A DNA stretch of 56,264 nt from an uncultured Vicinamibacterales bacterium (GCA_964476725.1 CAYZBZ010000003.1:1849-58112); one strand, 5' to 3'; shown: positions 1 to 8,594, numbered from the stretch's first letter. Notes: generated by a model not told the origin, from the letters alone. Numbers and translations are program-made.

Positions 1-71
1 CGGTCGTCACGCTCGCATCGCTCGCGCTCATCGAGCCCGCCACGACAAAGGGGGCGGGGCTGGGGCGATAG

Positions 72-133
72 GGGTTCCGGGTTCCGCGTTCCACGTTCCG
101 GGTTCGGTTCCAGGTTCCGGGTTCAAGGGTTCA
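72..133. repeat. Degenerate tandem heptamer array (GGGTTCC-like, about 9 units) between convergent gene ends
   Basis: Read directly: gggttcc gggttcc gcgttcc acgttcc gggttc ggttcc aggttcc gggttca agggttca. The last unit overlaps the stop codon (tca, 131-133) of the minus-strand transglycosylase gene. Confidence 0.85.
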
Positions 134-1168
134 GCGGAGCCGGTCCGCCAGCAGCCCGACGCTGAGCGCGTAGGTGTGGGCGCAGTTGTAGCCGAGCAGC
201 GCGTCGTAGTTGGGATGGAGGAGGAAGCTCCGCTTCCCGACCTGCACAAGCGACGCGCGAGTCGTGCCGGCCGGCAGTGCGGCGCTGCTCATCGTCCGCA
301 GCCCCGTCCGCCGCCAGGCGTTGATTGGCTTGGGGTCGGTCATGATCCGTTCGGCGCGGCACCCCGCGTCCCTGTGCGGCAGGGCGGCGACCTTCGCGCG
401 CGCCGCGGCGGGGATTTTCACTTCCCGTCCCCACGTTCCGCCCGCGGTCCACCCGTGACGCTGCAGGTAATACGCAACCGAAGCGAAGACGTCTGCCTCA
501 GACAACCAGATGTCCCGGCGTCCGTCTCCGTCGAAGTCCTGTGCGTACTCGAGATAGCTGGAAGGCATGAACTGCGGCTGGCCGAGCGCACCGGCCCACG
601 ACCCTTTGAGCCGATCGAGCTCGATGTCGCCTCGATTGAGGATCTCGAGCGCGCTGAGCAGCTCGTTGCGGAACATGGTGCCGCGCCGCTGATCGTACGC
701 GAGCGTGATCAGCGTGGGAATCGTCGGACGCACGCCCGCAAAGCGGCCGAAGTTCGACTCGAGCCCCCAGACCGCGACGAGAATGCGGGGATTGACGCCG
801 TACTGCTTCGCAATGCGCTGCAACAGCGTACGATGCCGCGAATACATTTCCTGCGCGGTCCGCACCGTCTCGCGGGTCAGGCGGCGCTTGAGGTACGCCT
901 CGAGGTCGAGCGTGAACTCCGCTTGCGAGCGGTCGCGCTCGAGAATCTGTTCAACCGGCTGCACGCCCGCCAGTGCCTGGTCGAGGATCTCCGCGCGGAT
1001 CCCGCGGCCGGCCGCCTCGGTGCGAAACGCCGCGAGCCACTCGTCGAACGGAGGAGGAAGCGGCGCGACCGGCGCGATCGGCGGCAGCTCCTGCGCGGCG
1101 TAGGAGGCTGCCCCCCAGACAGTTCCAATGACTACGGCAAGCAGCGTGACGGCAACGCGCAGCATCAC
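131..1168 (-). CDS. mltB: Lytic murein transglycosylase, MltB family, exported
   Basis: 345-aa ORF with an N-terminal signal-like segment (MMLRVAVTLLAVVIGTVWGAASYA). MltB-family strings present: VAVWGLESNFG, GALGQPQFMPSSY, DFDGDGRRDIW, NCAHTYALSVG. Confidence 0.85.
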   Translation of the reverse strand: MMLRVAVTLLAVVIGTVWGAASYAAQELPPIAPVAPLPPPFDEWLAAFRTEAAGRGIRAEILDQALAGVQPVEQILERDRSQAEFTLDLEAYLKRRLTRETVRTAQEMYSRHRTLLQRIAKQYGVNPRILVAVWGLESNFGRFAGVRPTIPTLITLAYDQRRGTMFRNELLSALEILNRGDIELDRLKGSWAGALGQPQFMPSSYLEYAQDFDGDGRRDIWLSEADVFASVAYYLQRHGWTAGGTWGREVKIPAAARAKVAALPHRDAGCRAERIMTDPKPINAWRRTGLRTMSSAALPAGTTRASLVQVGKRSFLLHPNYDALLGYNCAHTYALSVGLLADRLR

Positions 1169-1258
1169 TCATTGTAACAGCCGGCAGGTGCGGATCGTGT
1201 CGTTCCCGCGTTGGAGGTATGGTAGCCCTGGCGCGACATTTAACAGCGGAGACATCTC

Positions 1259-2260
1259 ATGAAGCGAACGCTTGCCTGCGTGATGGTCGGAGTCGCCGGA
1301 GTGTGGACGAACGTCCTCCCGCAGGGTCAGCAACAGCAGCCGCCAAACCCTGACAGCCACTATCAGCTGGGGCCTGACTCTTTGCCGCGCGAGGGCGTCC
1401 CCAGAGGAGAAGTCCGGGGGCCGTTCACGCTGCCAAGCGAGGCGTATCCCGGCACGCAGCACACGTATTGGGTCTACGTGCCCGCGCAGTACGACTCGTC
1501 CGTGCCGGCGAGCCTGATGATCTTCAACGACGGGCAGGCGTTCAAGAACATGGAGGGAGACGCCCGGGCGCCCAACGTGCTGGACAACCTGATCTATCGG
1601 CGGGAAATCCCGGTGATGATCGCCGCGTTCATCAACCCCGGCCGCCGGCCCGATCAGCCGGAGCCAACGCCGCAGGATTGGGGCGACCGCAGCACGAACC
1701 GTCCGACCGAGTACAACACGCTGGATGACAAGTACGCGCGCGTCATCGTCAACGAGCTGATGCCGGTGCTCTACAAGGCATACAACGTCTCGAGAGACCC
1801 GGAACGCCATGGCGTCGGCGGCGCGAGCTCGGGCGCCATCGCCGCGTTCACCGTGGCGTGGGAGCGCCCGGACGACTTCCGGAAGGTCCTCAGCATCGTC
1901 GGCAGTTTCGTCAACCTTCGCGGCGGACATGCCTATGCCGACATCGTCCGCAAGAGCGGCAGGAAGCCGATCCGGATCTTTCTGCAGGACGGGCGCAACG
2001 ACAACCGGGGCACGGGACGCGGGGGGACCTACGACGAAACCCGTGACTGGTTTCTGCAGAACGTACGGCTGATGCAGGCGCTCACGGAGAAGGGTTACGA
2101 CGTGAATTACTCGTGGGGGATCGGCCGCCACGGCCAGAAGCAGGGGGGCGCCATCCTGCCGGACATGTTGCGCTGGCTCTGGCGCGACCACCCGGTCTCT
2201 GTCGACGCAAACGACACGGTAGAGCGTTCGTTCAACGAGCCGCCGAGGAAGAAGGGCTGA
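1259..2260 (+). CDS. Exported alpha/beta-hydrolase of the putative-esterase / enterochelin-esterase-like family
   Basis: 333-aa ORF with a signal peptide and a GGASSG nucleophile elbow (GxSxG). [10 protein letters not shown] and [10 protein letters not shown] segments are typical of esterase-D-like proteins. GGAGA sits 6 nt upstream of the ATG. Confidence 0.7.
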   Translation: MKRTLACVMVGVAGVWTNVLPQGQQQQPPNPDSHYQLGPDSLPREGVPRGEVRGPFTLPSEAYPGTQHTYWVYVPAQYDSSVPASLMIFNDGQAFKNMEGDARAPNVLDNLIYRREIPVMIAAFINPGRRPDQPEPTPQDWGDRSTNRPTEYNTLDDKYARVIVNELMPVLYKAYNVSRDPERHGVGGASSGAIAAFTVAWERPDDFRKVLSIVGSFVNLRGGHAYADIVRKSGRKPIRIFLQDGRNDNRGTGRGGTYDETRDWFLQNVRLMQALTEKGYDVNYSWGIGRHGQKQGGAILPDMLRWLWRDHPVSVDANDTVERSFNEPPRKKG

Positions 2261-2273
2261 CGTTTGATTGGGG

Positions 2274-2314
2274 AAAGTCTGAAGTCAGAAGGCTGAAGGC
2301 TTACTTCAGTCTTT
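2274..2314. terminator. Hairpin between convergent genes (possible bidirectional terminator) carrying the GGCTGAAGG motif in its loop
   Basis: aaagtctgaagt (2274-2285) pairs with acttcagtcttt (2303-2314), 12 bp with 1 mismatch. The 17-nt loop is cagaaggctgaaggctt. The right arm overlaps the stop of the minus-strand gene. Confidence 0.5.
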
Positions 2315-3413
2315 CGAGGACCACCACCCGGTGCGTGCGCGCCGATTCGCGCGCCGCCTCGAGGATCTCCGTCACGATGACGTTGTTTTCGAGCGAGGAC
2401 AGCGCGTTGGGCTTGCGTGTGCCACGGACGACCGCGATCAGATGCGACAGCGAATCGCGTTCGTCCGGCGGGCGCGGCTCCGGCGTCGCGGCGTGTTCCG
2501 GCTCGTTCCCCATCCTGACGCGCAGGCTGTTGCGGCTGGCGATCGCCAGCCCGTGGTCGCCGTACACCTCGAAGTCCTTCCGGTCGAACGGCCAGTTCCA
2601 CGATGCCTGAATGATCCCCTGCGCTTTGGGATACTCGACGACAATCGTCGCTTCGTCGTCGACGCGGCTGTAAATCTCCGGCTTGATCTGCTGGGTGACG
2701 GCCCAGACCGTGAGAGGACGCTGATTGTCCATCATCCACGTCATCAGATTCGCGCCGTAGCAGCCGAAGTCGAACAAGGCGCCGGCGCCGTTCCTGATCG
2801 GATCGGAGAGCCAGGCGAGAAACTCCGGGCCGACGCCGATTTCCTTCGGTCCCCTGTGCCCGTCGAGCGCCACCATCTTGCGGATGTCTCCGGCGGCGCG
2901 CTGCTCCTTGATGAGCGTCCACATGGCGCCGTGACTCGGGTACCACGTCGTTTCGTAATTGACCAGCACGTCAATCCCGCCGCGCTCTGCCGCGCGCTGA
3001 ATCCTGCGCGCGTGGTCCAGGCTCACCGCAAGCGGCTTCTCCATCATCACGTCGATGTGGCGCGCGGCGGCGGCTTCGACCACGGCGGGATGATCGTACG
3101 TATTCGTAAACGACGCCACGGCCTCCGGCTTCGCGCGGTCCAGCATGGCCGGCAGATCGGTGAAGAACACCGACGGGTCGAAGTTGTACCGCTGCGCGTA
3201 CGAGCGCTGCAGCGCGACGTCCGGCTCGAAGATGCCGACGATCCGGATGTCGTCGCGGGCCTGCGCCAACCGAAGGAATCCACCGGCGTGTCCGTGCACG
3301 AGGCCGGCGATTGCCAGCTTGAAGGGGGCCGGCGTCGTTGCCGGCGCCTGGGCGGACAGCAGTGCGAACAGCGGACATCCGAGCACGACCGCGCGAAGCA
3401 GGATGCGGATCAT
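2301..3413 (-). CDS. Gfo/Idh/MocA family oxidoreductase, Sec-exported
   Basis: Listed ORF 2301-3782 trimmed to the in-frame ATG at 3413 (cat at 3411-3413). This gives the signal peptide MIRILLRAVVLGCPLFALLSAQAPA followed by the Rossmann start LAIAGLVHGHAGGF, VGIFEPD and MMEKPLA. The upstream 123 codons are Arg/Ala-rich read-through. Confidence 0.85.
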   Translation of the reverse strand: MIRILLRAVVLGCPLFALLSAQAPATTPAPFKLAIAGLVHGHAGGFLRLAQARDDIRIVGIFEPDVALQRSYAQRYNFDPSVFFTDLPAMLDRAKPEAVASFTNTYDHPAVVEAAAARHIDVMMEKPLAVSLDHARRIQRAAERGGIDVLVNYETTWYPSHGAMWTLIKEQRAAGDIRKMVALDGHRGPKEIGVGPEFLAWLSDPIRNGAGALFDFGCYGANLMTWMMDNQRPLTVWAVTQQIKPEIYSRVDDEATIVVEYPKAQGIIQASWNWPFDRKDFEVYGDHGLAIASRNSLRVRMGNEPEHAATPEPRPPDERDSLSHLIAVVRGTRKPNALSSLENNVIVTEILEAARESARTHRVVVLERLK

Positions 3414-3439
3414 GGCAGCAGCTCCCTGGCCCGCGTGCC

Positions 3440-4306
3440 TCAGAACCGAAGGCCTCGCAGGTACGTGTAACTCGTCTTCAGGCTGTCGAACGGCGCCTTC
3501 GGCACGTCGTGCTCGACGATGTAGTGCTTGATGCCTGCTTCGGCGGAGCGCGCGAAGATGCGCTTCCAGTCGATGACGTCGTTGCTGCCGACGTCGGTGA
3601 TGTCTTTCAGCGCTTCGGGGATCGGCGCCGCACCGGCGTCCGATGGCGGCCGCTTCGACAGCCCCTTCACGTGCACCAGCGGGAACCGGCCTGGATAGCG
3701 GCGGAAATACTCGAGCGGGTCCTTCCCCGCCACTTCGATCCAGCAGAGATCCAGCTCCATCTTCACGAGCGCAGGGTCGCACTGCTCGAGCAGGGTGTCG
3801 TACGGCAGCTTGCCATCCACCGGCGCGAACTCGAAGTTGTGATTGTGATACGCGAACTGGATCCCGGCCTTCTTGCTGAGCTCCCCCGCCCGGTTGAAGA
3901 CGTCGGCGATGCGCTTCCAGCTATCGGGCTGGTTGCGAATCGCCTCGTCGATCCAGGGATTGACCAGGTACTGGTGGCCGATCGCGCGGGCGGCGTCGAG
4001 GACACCAGGCCATTTGTCCCCCAGGCTCGCGTAGTCGGCGTGCGCGGCCGGAGACGTGAGGCCGTTCTTTTTCAGCACGCCGCTCACCTGCTCGGGCGTG
4101 TGGTTGAAGTAGCCGGCGAATTCGACTTCCTTGAAGCCGATGGCTGCGACTTTCGCGATGGTGCCTTCGAAGTCCTTCGCGAGGTCAGCGCGAACCGTAT
4201 AGAGCTGCACCCCGATATCCCGGATCGAGTCGGCGGCGGCGTATCGAGCAGACATCACGGCGGCACCCATGGTCCCAAGAAACGTTCGGCGATTCACGCG
4301 GATCAT
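3440..4306 (-). CDS. Sugar phosphate isomerase/epimerase (xylose-isomerase-like TIM barrel), Tat signal
   Basis: 288-aa ORF with twin-arginine leader MIRVNRRTFLGTMGAAVMSARYAAA. Family strings: GVQLYTVR, IGFKEVEFAGY, FAYHNHNFEF, ELDLCW. It lies 26 nt upstream of the Gfo/Idh/MocA gene on the same strand. Confidence 0.85.
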   Translation of the reverse strand: MIRVNRRTFLGTMGAAVMSARYAAADSIRDIGVQLYTVRADLAKDFEGTIAKVAAIGFKEVEFAGYFNHTPEQVSGVLKKNGLTSPAAHADYASLGDKWPGVLDAARAIGHQYLVNPWIDEAIRNQPDSWKRIADVFNRAGELSKKAGIQFAYHNHNFEFAPVDGKLPYDTLLEQCDPALVKMELDLCWIEVAGKDPLEYFRRYPGRFPLVHVKGLSKRPPSDAGAAPIPEALKDITDVGSNDVIDWKRIFARSAEAGIKHYIVEHDVPKAPFDSLKTSYTYLRGLRF

Positions 4307-4368
4307 GTCGGACTACCTCATCTCGAGCCACGGGTGGTTTCCCGTGGGCTTCGTTGGAAGTATTTCAC

Positions 4369-4404
4369 CACGGAAGAACACGGAATGCACGGAAGGACAC
4401 GGAA
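4369..4404. promoter_or_regulatory. Four direct CACGGAA repeats at helical-turn spacing in a divergent promoter region
   Basis: CACGGAA at 4369, 4379, 4388 and 4398 (spacings 10, 9, 10 nt). They lie in the 216-nt gap between the minus-strand TIM-barrel gene (start 4306) and the plus-strand aldo/keto reductase (start 4523). A 7-bp hairpin ccacggg/cccgtgg sits at 4328-4347. Confidence 0.45.
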
Positions 4405-4522
4405 ACTGTCCTGTGGGGGTCAGACCCCGGATCCGTGTGTCGACCGTTTCGTCAGTGTATTCTGTGGCTCGACATCGGCGGTCTGACGACCTACTCGACT
4501 TCAACTACGGAGAGAGGGGAGC

Positions 4523-5518
4523 ATGAGTCTGCGTACGCGTCCCTTGGGTACCAGTGGTCTCGACATCACCACGGTCGGCTTCGGCGCGTGGGCCGCGGGC
4601 GGCGGCGGGTGGGCGTTCGGCTGGGGACCGCAGGAGGACGCCGCGTCGATCGCTGCGATGCGTCATGCAATCGACCGCGGCGTCAACTGGATTGACACCG
4701 CGGCGGTCTACGGTCTCGGGCACTCGGAGGAAGTCGTCGGGCGTTTCCTGCGCACCCTGCCGGCGGGCGACAGGCCGTTCGTCTTCACCAAGTGCGGGCT
4801 CGTCTGGGACGAGCACAACCGGATGGCGATACCCATCCGCAACCTTCAACCGGACGTCATCCGCCGCGACTGCGACGCCTCGCTCCGCCGCCTCGGCGTC
4901 GAGCGCATCGATCTCTATCAGTTCCACTGGCCCGACGAGACCGGCACGCCGGTCGAGGACTCGTGGGACGCGATGACGCGGCTCGTCGAGCAGGGGAAGA
5001 TTCGGGCGGCGGGTGTATCGAACTTCGCCGTGCCGCTGCTCGACCGCTGCGAGGCGCGCCGGCACGTGGACTCGGTTCAGCCTGCCTTCTCCATGATCAA
5101 GCGCGACGCCGCGGCCGCGCAGATTCCGTGGTGCGCCGCCCATGGGACCGGGGTCATCTGCTACAGCCCCATGCAGTCAGGCATTCTCACCGACTCGTTC
5201 AGCCGGGAACGCGTGGCGAGGTTCGCGGACGACGACTGGCGGCGGCGCAGCCTCGAGTTTCAGTCGCCGCAGCTCGAGAGAAACATCGCGCTGCGCGACG
5301 CGCTGAAGCCGATCGCCGCACGGCACCGGACGACGGTCAGCGCCGTGGCGATCGCGTGGGTGTTGTCATGGCCCGGCGTCACCGCGGCAATCGTCGGGGC
5401 GCGCTCGGCCGAACAGGTGGACGGCTGGCTCCCGGCGGCCGGTCTGGTACTCTCGCACGAGGACCTCGAGGCGATTGCGAGGATGCTCGGAGCCAGCGGA
5501 GAGAACGGAGCCTGTTGA
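4523..5518 (+). CDS. Aldo/keto reductase
   Basis: 331-aa ORF with strong RBS GGAGAGAGGGGAG before the ATG. AKR strings: GTSGLDITTVGFGAW, INWIDTAAVYGLGHSEE, IDLYQFHWPD, GVSNF. Confidence 0.9.
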   Translation: MSLRTRPLGTSGLDITTVGFGAWAAGGGGWAFGWGPQEDAASIAAMRHAIDRGVNWIDTAAVYGLGHSEEVVGRFLRTLPAGDRPFVFTKCGLVWDEHNRMAIPIRNLQPDVIRRDCDASLRRLGVERIDLYQFHWPDETGTPVEDSWDAMTRLVEQGKIRAAGVSNFAVPLLDRCEARRHVDSVQPAFSMIKRDAAAAQIPWCAAHGTGVICYSPMQSGILTDSFSRERVARFADDDWRRRSLEFQSPQLERNIALRDALKPIAARHRTTVSAVAIAWVLSWPGVTAAIVGARSAEQVDGWLPAAGLVLSHEDLEAIARMLGASGENGAC

Positions 5519-5665
5519 TGTGCTCTGGTGGCTCCGTTATCTCTGTGGTAGATATCCAAGAGCATCGTCGCGCTGTTCCGGGCACAGGTTACTTCAAGTC
5601 CCCTGCGGGGTGACTGCACCCGGACGAACGTCCTGTGGCTTTCTGCCGTCGCGGGCCGCCGCGGT

Positions 5666-5671
5666 TACACT
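5666..5671 (+). promoter_or_regulatory. Candidate -10 box (TACACT) 6 nt upstream of the ATG, implying a leaderless or near-leaderless transcript
   Basis: ggtTACACTgtcgccATG. The spacer 5672-5677 leaves no room for a Shine-Dalgarno sequence. Confidence 0.35.
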
Positions 5672-5677
5672 GTCGCC

Positions 5678-7072
5678 ATGGCCAACACCCCGAGCGCGCG
5701 CGGCGTCGAAGCGGCCGTTATCGAGCTCAAGCGGCTCCTCGAGGGGCGCGCAAGCGATGCGGCCGCAATCCGCGAGCACCACAGCCACGGCGAGTCATAC
5801 CATCCGCCCGCCCCACCGGACGTCGTGTGCTTTCCGGCGACGACGGCCGAAGTGGTCGAGATTCTCAGAATCAGCGCACGCTTTCAGGTTCCCGTCATCC
5901 CATTCGGTGCGGGGACGTCGCTCGAGGGGCACGTGCATGCCATACGCGGCGGCATCACGGTCGACCTGCGGGAGATGAACCGGGTGCTGCGCATCGGCGC
6001 GGAGGATCTCGACGCGACGGTGGAAGCGGGCGTCACACGCCTGCAGCTGGCGAAGGCCTTGCGCAACACCGGCCTGGCGTTTCCGATCGATCCCGGCGCG
6101 GACGCCACGATCGGAGGCATGGCGGCGACGAGGGCCTCGGGCACGACCGCCGTGCGCTACGGCACGATGCGCGAGAACGTGCTCGGGTTGACCGTGGTGA
6201 TGGCTGACGGGCGGATCATCACGACAGGCACGCGCGCGCGCAAGTCAGCGGCCGGGTACGACCTGACGCGGCTGTTCGTCGGCTCCGAGGGAACGCTCGG
6301 CGTCATCACCGAGGTGACGCTCAGGCTCCATCCGGTTCCCGAGGCCGTCTCCGCCGCGGTCTGCTCGTTCGATTCCATCCGGGGGGCGATCGACACCGTC
6401 ATCGCCACGATTCAGCTGGGCGTCCCCGTTGCGCGCATCGAACTGCTCGACGATCTCCACATGGACGCGATCAATCGATACTCGAAGATGACGTACTCGG
6501 TCGCGCCCACGCTGCTCTTCGAGTTTCACGGCGACACCGAACGGCACGTCGCCGATCAGGCCGGAACGGTGCAGTCGCTCGCGGCGGAGCGGGGCGGACA
6601 CGGCTTCGAGTGGGCGACGCGGCTGGAGGATCGCGAGCGGCTCTGGCAGGCGCGTCACAACGCGCACTACGCCGCGCTGGCGCTCCGGCCGGGCTGCCGC
6701 TCCTGGTCGGGCGACGTCTGCGTCCCCATATCCCAGCTCGCCGACTGCGTCGTGGACACGAAACGCGATTACGAGAACGCCTCCTTCCCTGTCTGCCTCG
6801 TCGGCCACGCGGGGGACGGCAACTTCCACCTGATCTGCCTCCTCGACCCGTCGAGCCCCGCGGAACTGGAGGAGGCGCGTCGCTTGAACGACAGAATGGT
6901 CGCGCGCGCCCTCGCGATGGGCGGCACGTGCACCGGCGAGCACGGGGTCGGCTACGGCAAGAAGAAGTTCCTCGAGGCCGAACATGGCGAAGGGCTCGAG
7001 GTCATGCGCACGATCAAGCGGGCGCTCGATCCCGACAACCGCATGAATCCAGGCAAGGTCGTGGACGTCTAG
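5678..7072 (+). CDS. FAD-linked oxidase (GlcD / D-lactate dehydrogenase (cytochrome)-like)
   Basis: 464-aa ORF. FAD_binding_4-type strings VIPFGAGTSLEGH and GITVDL, and a C-terminal FAD-oxidase_C ending GTCTGEHGVGYGKKKFL ... LDPDNRMNPGK. Confidence 0.9.
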   Translation: MANTPSARGVEAAVIELKRLLEGRASDAAAIREHHSHGESYHPPAPPDVVCFPATTAEVVEILRISARFQVPVIPFGAGTSLEGHVHAIRGGITVDLREMNRVLRIGAEDLDATVEAGVTRLQLAKALRNTGLAFPIDPGADATIGGMAATRASGTTAVRYGTMRENVLGLTVVMADGRIITTGTRARKSAAGYDLTRLFVGSEGTLGVITEVTLRLHPVPEAVSAAVCSFDSIRGAIDTVIATIQLGVPVARIELLDDLHMDAINRYSKMTYSVAPTLLFEFHGDTERHVADQAGTVQSLAAERGGHGFEWATRLEDRERLWQARHNAHYAALALRPGCRSWSGDVCVPISQLADCVVDTKRDYENASFPVCLVGHAGDGNFHLICLLDPSSPAELEEARRLNDRMVARALAMGGTCTGEHGVGYGKKKFLEAEHGEGLEVMRTIKRALDPDNRMNPGKVVDV

Positions 7073-7084
7073 GGGGACTTCTAA

Positions 7085-7157
7085 AAGGCTGAAGTTCGAA
7101 TGTTGCACGCGTGACAGCGTATGGGCCTTCGAACTTCAGCCTTCTAACTTCAGCCTT
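7085..7157. repeat. 16-bp perfect inverted repeat plus a third partial copy of the AACTTCAGCCTT motif between convergent genes
   Basis: aaggctgaagttcgaa (7085-7100) and ttcgaacttcagcctt (7128-7143) are exact reverse complements around a 27-nt loop. aacttcagcctt recurs at 7146-7157. Confidence 0.8.
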
Positions 7158-7166
7158 TCTCCATGA

Positions 7167-7747
7167 CTACTGCGAGCCGTCGCTCTGCGCCCGCCCGATG
7201 AACAGCTCGGCGACCGACTTCCCAAGCTCGACGCCCGCGAGATTGTCCATCTGGTAGTGAATGCCGGCCCAGATTCTCGAGTCGCCGGCCTCTTTCGCCA
7301 GCGCGCGAGCGAAATCTGCACGCGTCGGGAACAGGTACGCCAGGATCTCGGCGCGAGTGGCCGAGAACGTCGAGTGGTTCGACGGGTAACTCGGGAAGGG
7401 CGGCACCGGGAACAGTGGCACGATCCCCGGATCGAGCTGTGGATGTTCGAGGATCGGCTCGATCAGAATCCGCCGTTGTGGCTGATCAGATCAGCGAGCG
7501 TCTTCAATTCCCGGAGCGTCGCCGGCGTTCTCGGGGGCGGCGGCACGCGATAGTCCTTGCCTGAAGAAATGACCCACGGCCGCCACTTTCCTGCGTTCGG
7601 CTCGATCCGATCGTCCGGCCGCCAGCTCCCTTCGTTCCACTCGGTGTGAGCACTCTGACGTCCGTCACCTCCATTCGGGCCGTTCTCACCGTTTGCCAAC
7701 GCCGGCGACGTCAGCGTGACAGCAAGAGACACCAGTGCCAACAGCAA
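7167..7747 (-). pseudogene. Remnant of a PAP2 / vanadium-haloperoxidase-like phosphatase with an internal deletion and frameshift
   Basis: The N-terminal piece (7463-7747) has a signal peptide plus WRPW...VPPPPRTPATLRELKTLADL. The C-terminal piece (7167-7421, extendable in frame to 7490) has PSYPSNHS and SRIWAGIHYQMD, which are PAP2 motifs 2 and 3. The pieces are in different frames and only tens of nt apart. Motif 1 (KxxxxxxRP) and about 200 aa of expected middle are absent. Confidence 0.6.
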
Positions 7748-7808
7748 CTTCTGCGCGGTCCGACTTGGTAAAGGCGGACGGGCAATCTCGAATGGAGCGC
7801 ATGGAACC

Positions 7809-7837
7809 TTGAGCCTCGAGCGCTGAGCCGATAGGCT
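7809..7837 (+). promoter_or_regulatory. Sigma-70-like promoter TTGAGC-17 nt-TAGGCT ending 7 nt before the GTG start of the ABC ATPase gene
   Basis: TTGAGC at 7809-7814, a 17-nt spacer, TAGGCT at 7832-7837, then atctcct and GTG at 7845. No Shine-Dalgarno sequence fits in the gap. Confidence 0.4.
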
Positions 7838-7844
7838 ATCTCCT

Positions 7845-8594
7845 GTGCACGAGCTCGCGGTGAGGTGTGACGGCCTCGGAAAACGCTACGGCGACGTCGT
7901 CGCCGTGGACGGACTCTCGCTGCACGTGCGGCGGGGCGAGTGCTTCGGATTGCTTGGCCCAAACGGCGCGGGCAAGACGACGACCATCGAGATCCTCGAG
8001 GGCCTGCTCGCGCCGGACGCCGGAGATGTGGAAGTCCTCGGCCTCAGATGGACGACCGACGAGCGGGAGCTGCGACAGAGGCTCGGCATCCATCTGCAGG
8101 AAACGCAGCTCAGCGAGAAGCTGACGGTCGAGGAGATGCTCCGTCTGTTCCGATCGTTCTATCGCCGCGGCCGGCCGATAGGCGAGCTGCTGCAGATCGT
8201 GGAGCTCGACAGCAAGCGCGGCAGCCGCGTCGGCGCCCTCTCGGGCGGGCAGAAGCAGCGCCTGTCGCTCGCGTGCGCGCTCGCCGGCAATCCGGACCTG
8301 TTGTTCCTCGACGAGCCGACGACGGGGCTCGATCCGCAATCACGGCGACAGTTCTGGGAGGTGCTCGAGCGGTTCCGCGCCGCCGGGGGCACTATCCTGC
8401 TGACCACCCATTACATGGACGAGGCCCAGGCGCTCTGCGACCGGGTGGCCGTCGTCGACCACGGCAAGCTGATCGCCCTCGGCTCCCCCCAGGAGCTCAT
8501 TGCCTCGCTCGCCGCGCCGAGGATGGTCGTGCACCACGGCACGCTCGAGGACGTCTTTATGTCGCTGACCGGACGGCACCTGCGCGATGACTAA
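7845..8594 (+). CDS. ABC transporter ATP-binding protein (ABC-2 subfamily)
   Basis: Walker A GPNGAGKTT, signature LSGGQKQRL, Walker B LLFLDEPTTGLD and H-loop TTHYMDE. GTG start. The stop overlaps the next gene's ATG (ATGACTAA). Confidence 0.9.
   Translation: MHELAVRCDGLGKRYGDVVAVDGLSLHVRRGECFGLLGPNGAGKTTTIEILEGLLAPDAGDVEVLGLRWTTDERELRQRLGIHLQETQLSEKLTVEEMLRLFRSFYRRGRPIGELLQIVELDSKRGSRVGALSGGQKQRLSLACALAGNPDLLFLDEPTTGLDPQSRRQFWEVLERFRAAGGTILLTTHYMDEAQALCDRVAVVDHGKLIALGSPQELIASLAAPRMVVHHGTLEDVFMSLTGRHLRDD

Noticed and set aside
1-71. Possible 3' end of a plus-strand gene (frame 3: VVTLASLALIEPATTKGAGLGR-stop at 69-71).
   Set aside because: Only 22 codons are visible and there is no family signature. 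This cannot be supported as a feature.
72-133. Whether the tandem repeats here, or those at 4369-4404 and 13108-13180, are a CRISPR array.
   Set aside because: The units are 7-10 nt with no unique spacers of 25-40 nt, and no cas genes are present. They are simple repeats, not CRISPR.
2301-3782. N-terminal extensions of listed ORFs. Pairs give the listed start and the trimmed start: 2301-3782 (trimmed to 3413), 13152/13200, 16130/16370, 23674/23797, 25981/26128, 29462/29837, 33481/34066, 35058/35511, 44110/44248, 47278/47500, 53286/54021.
   Set aside because: The extensions lack coding character or overlap upstream genes or terminators. Internal starts give proper signal peptides or family N-termini, usually with an RBS or stop/start coupling.
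7416-7421. TGGCAC hexamers (also at 21529-21534) as possible sigma-54 -24 elements, prompted by the nearby sigma-54-activator-like fragment.
   Set aside because: No TTGC(A/T) follows at the required spacing, and both lie inside coding or pseudogene sequence.
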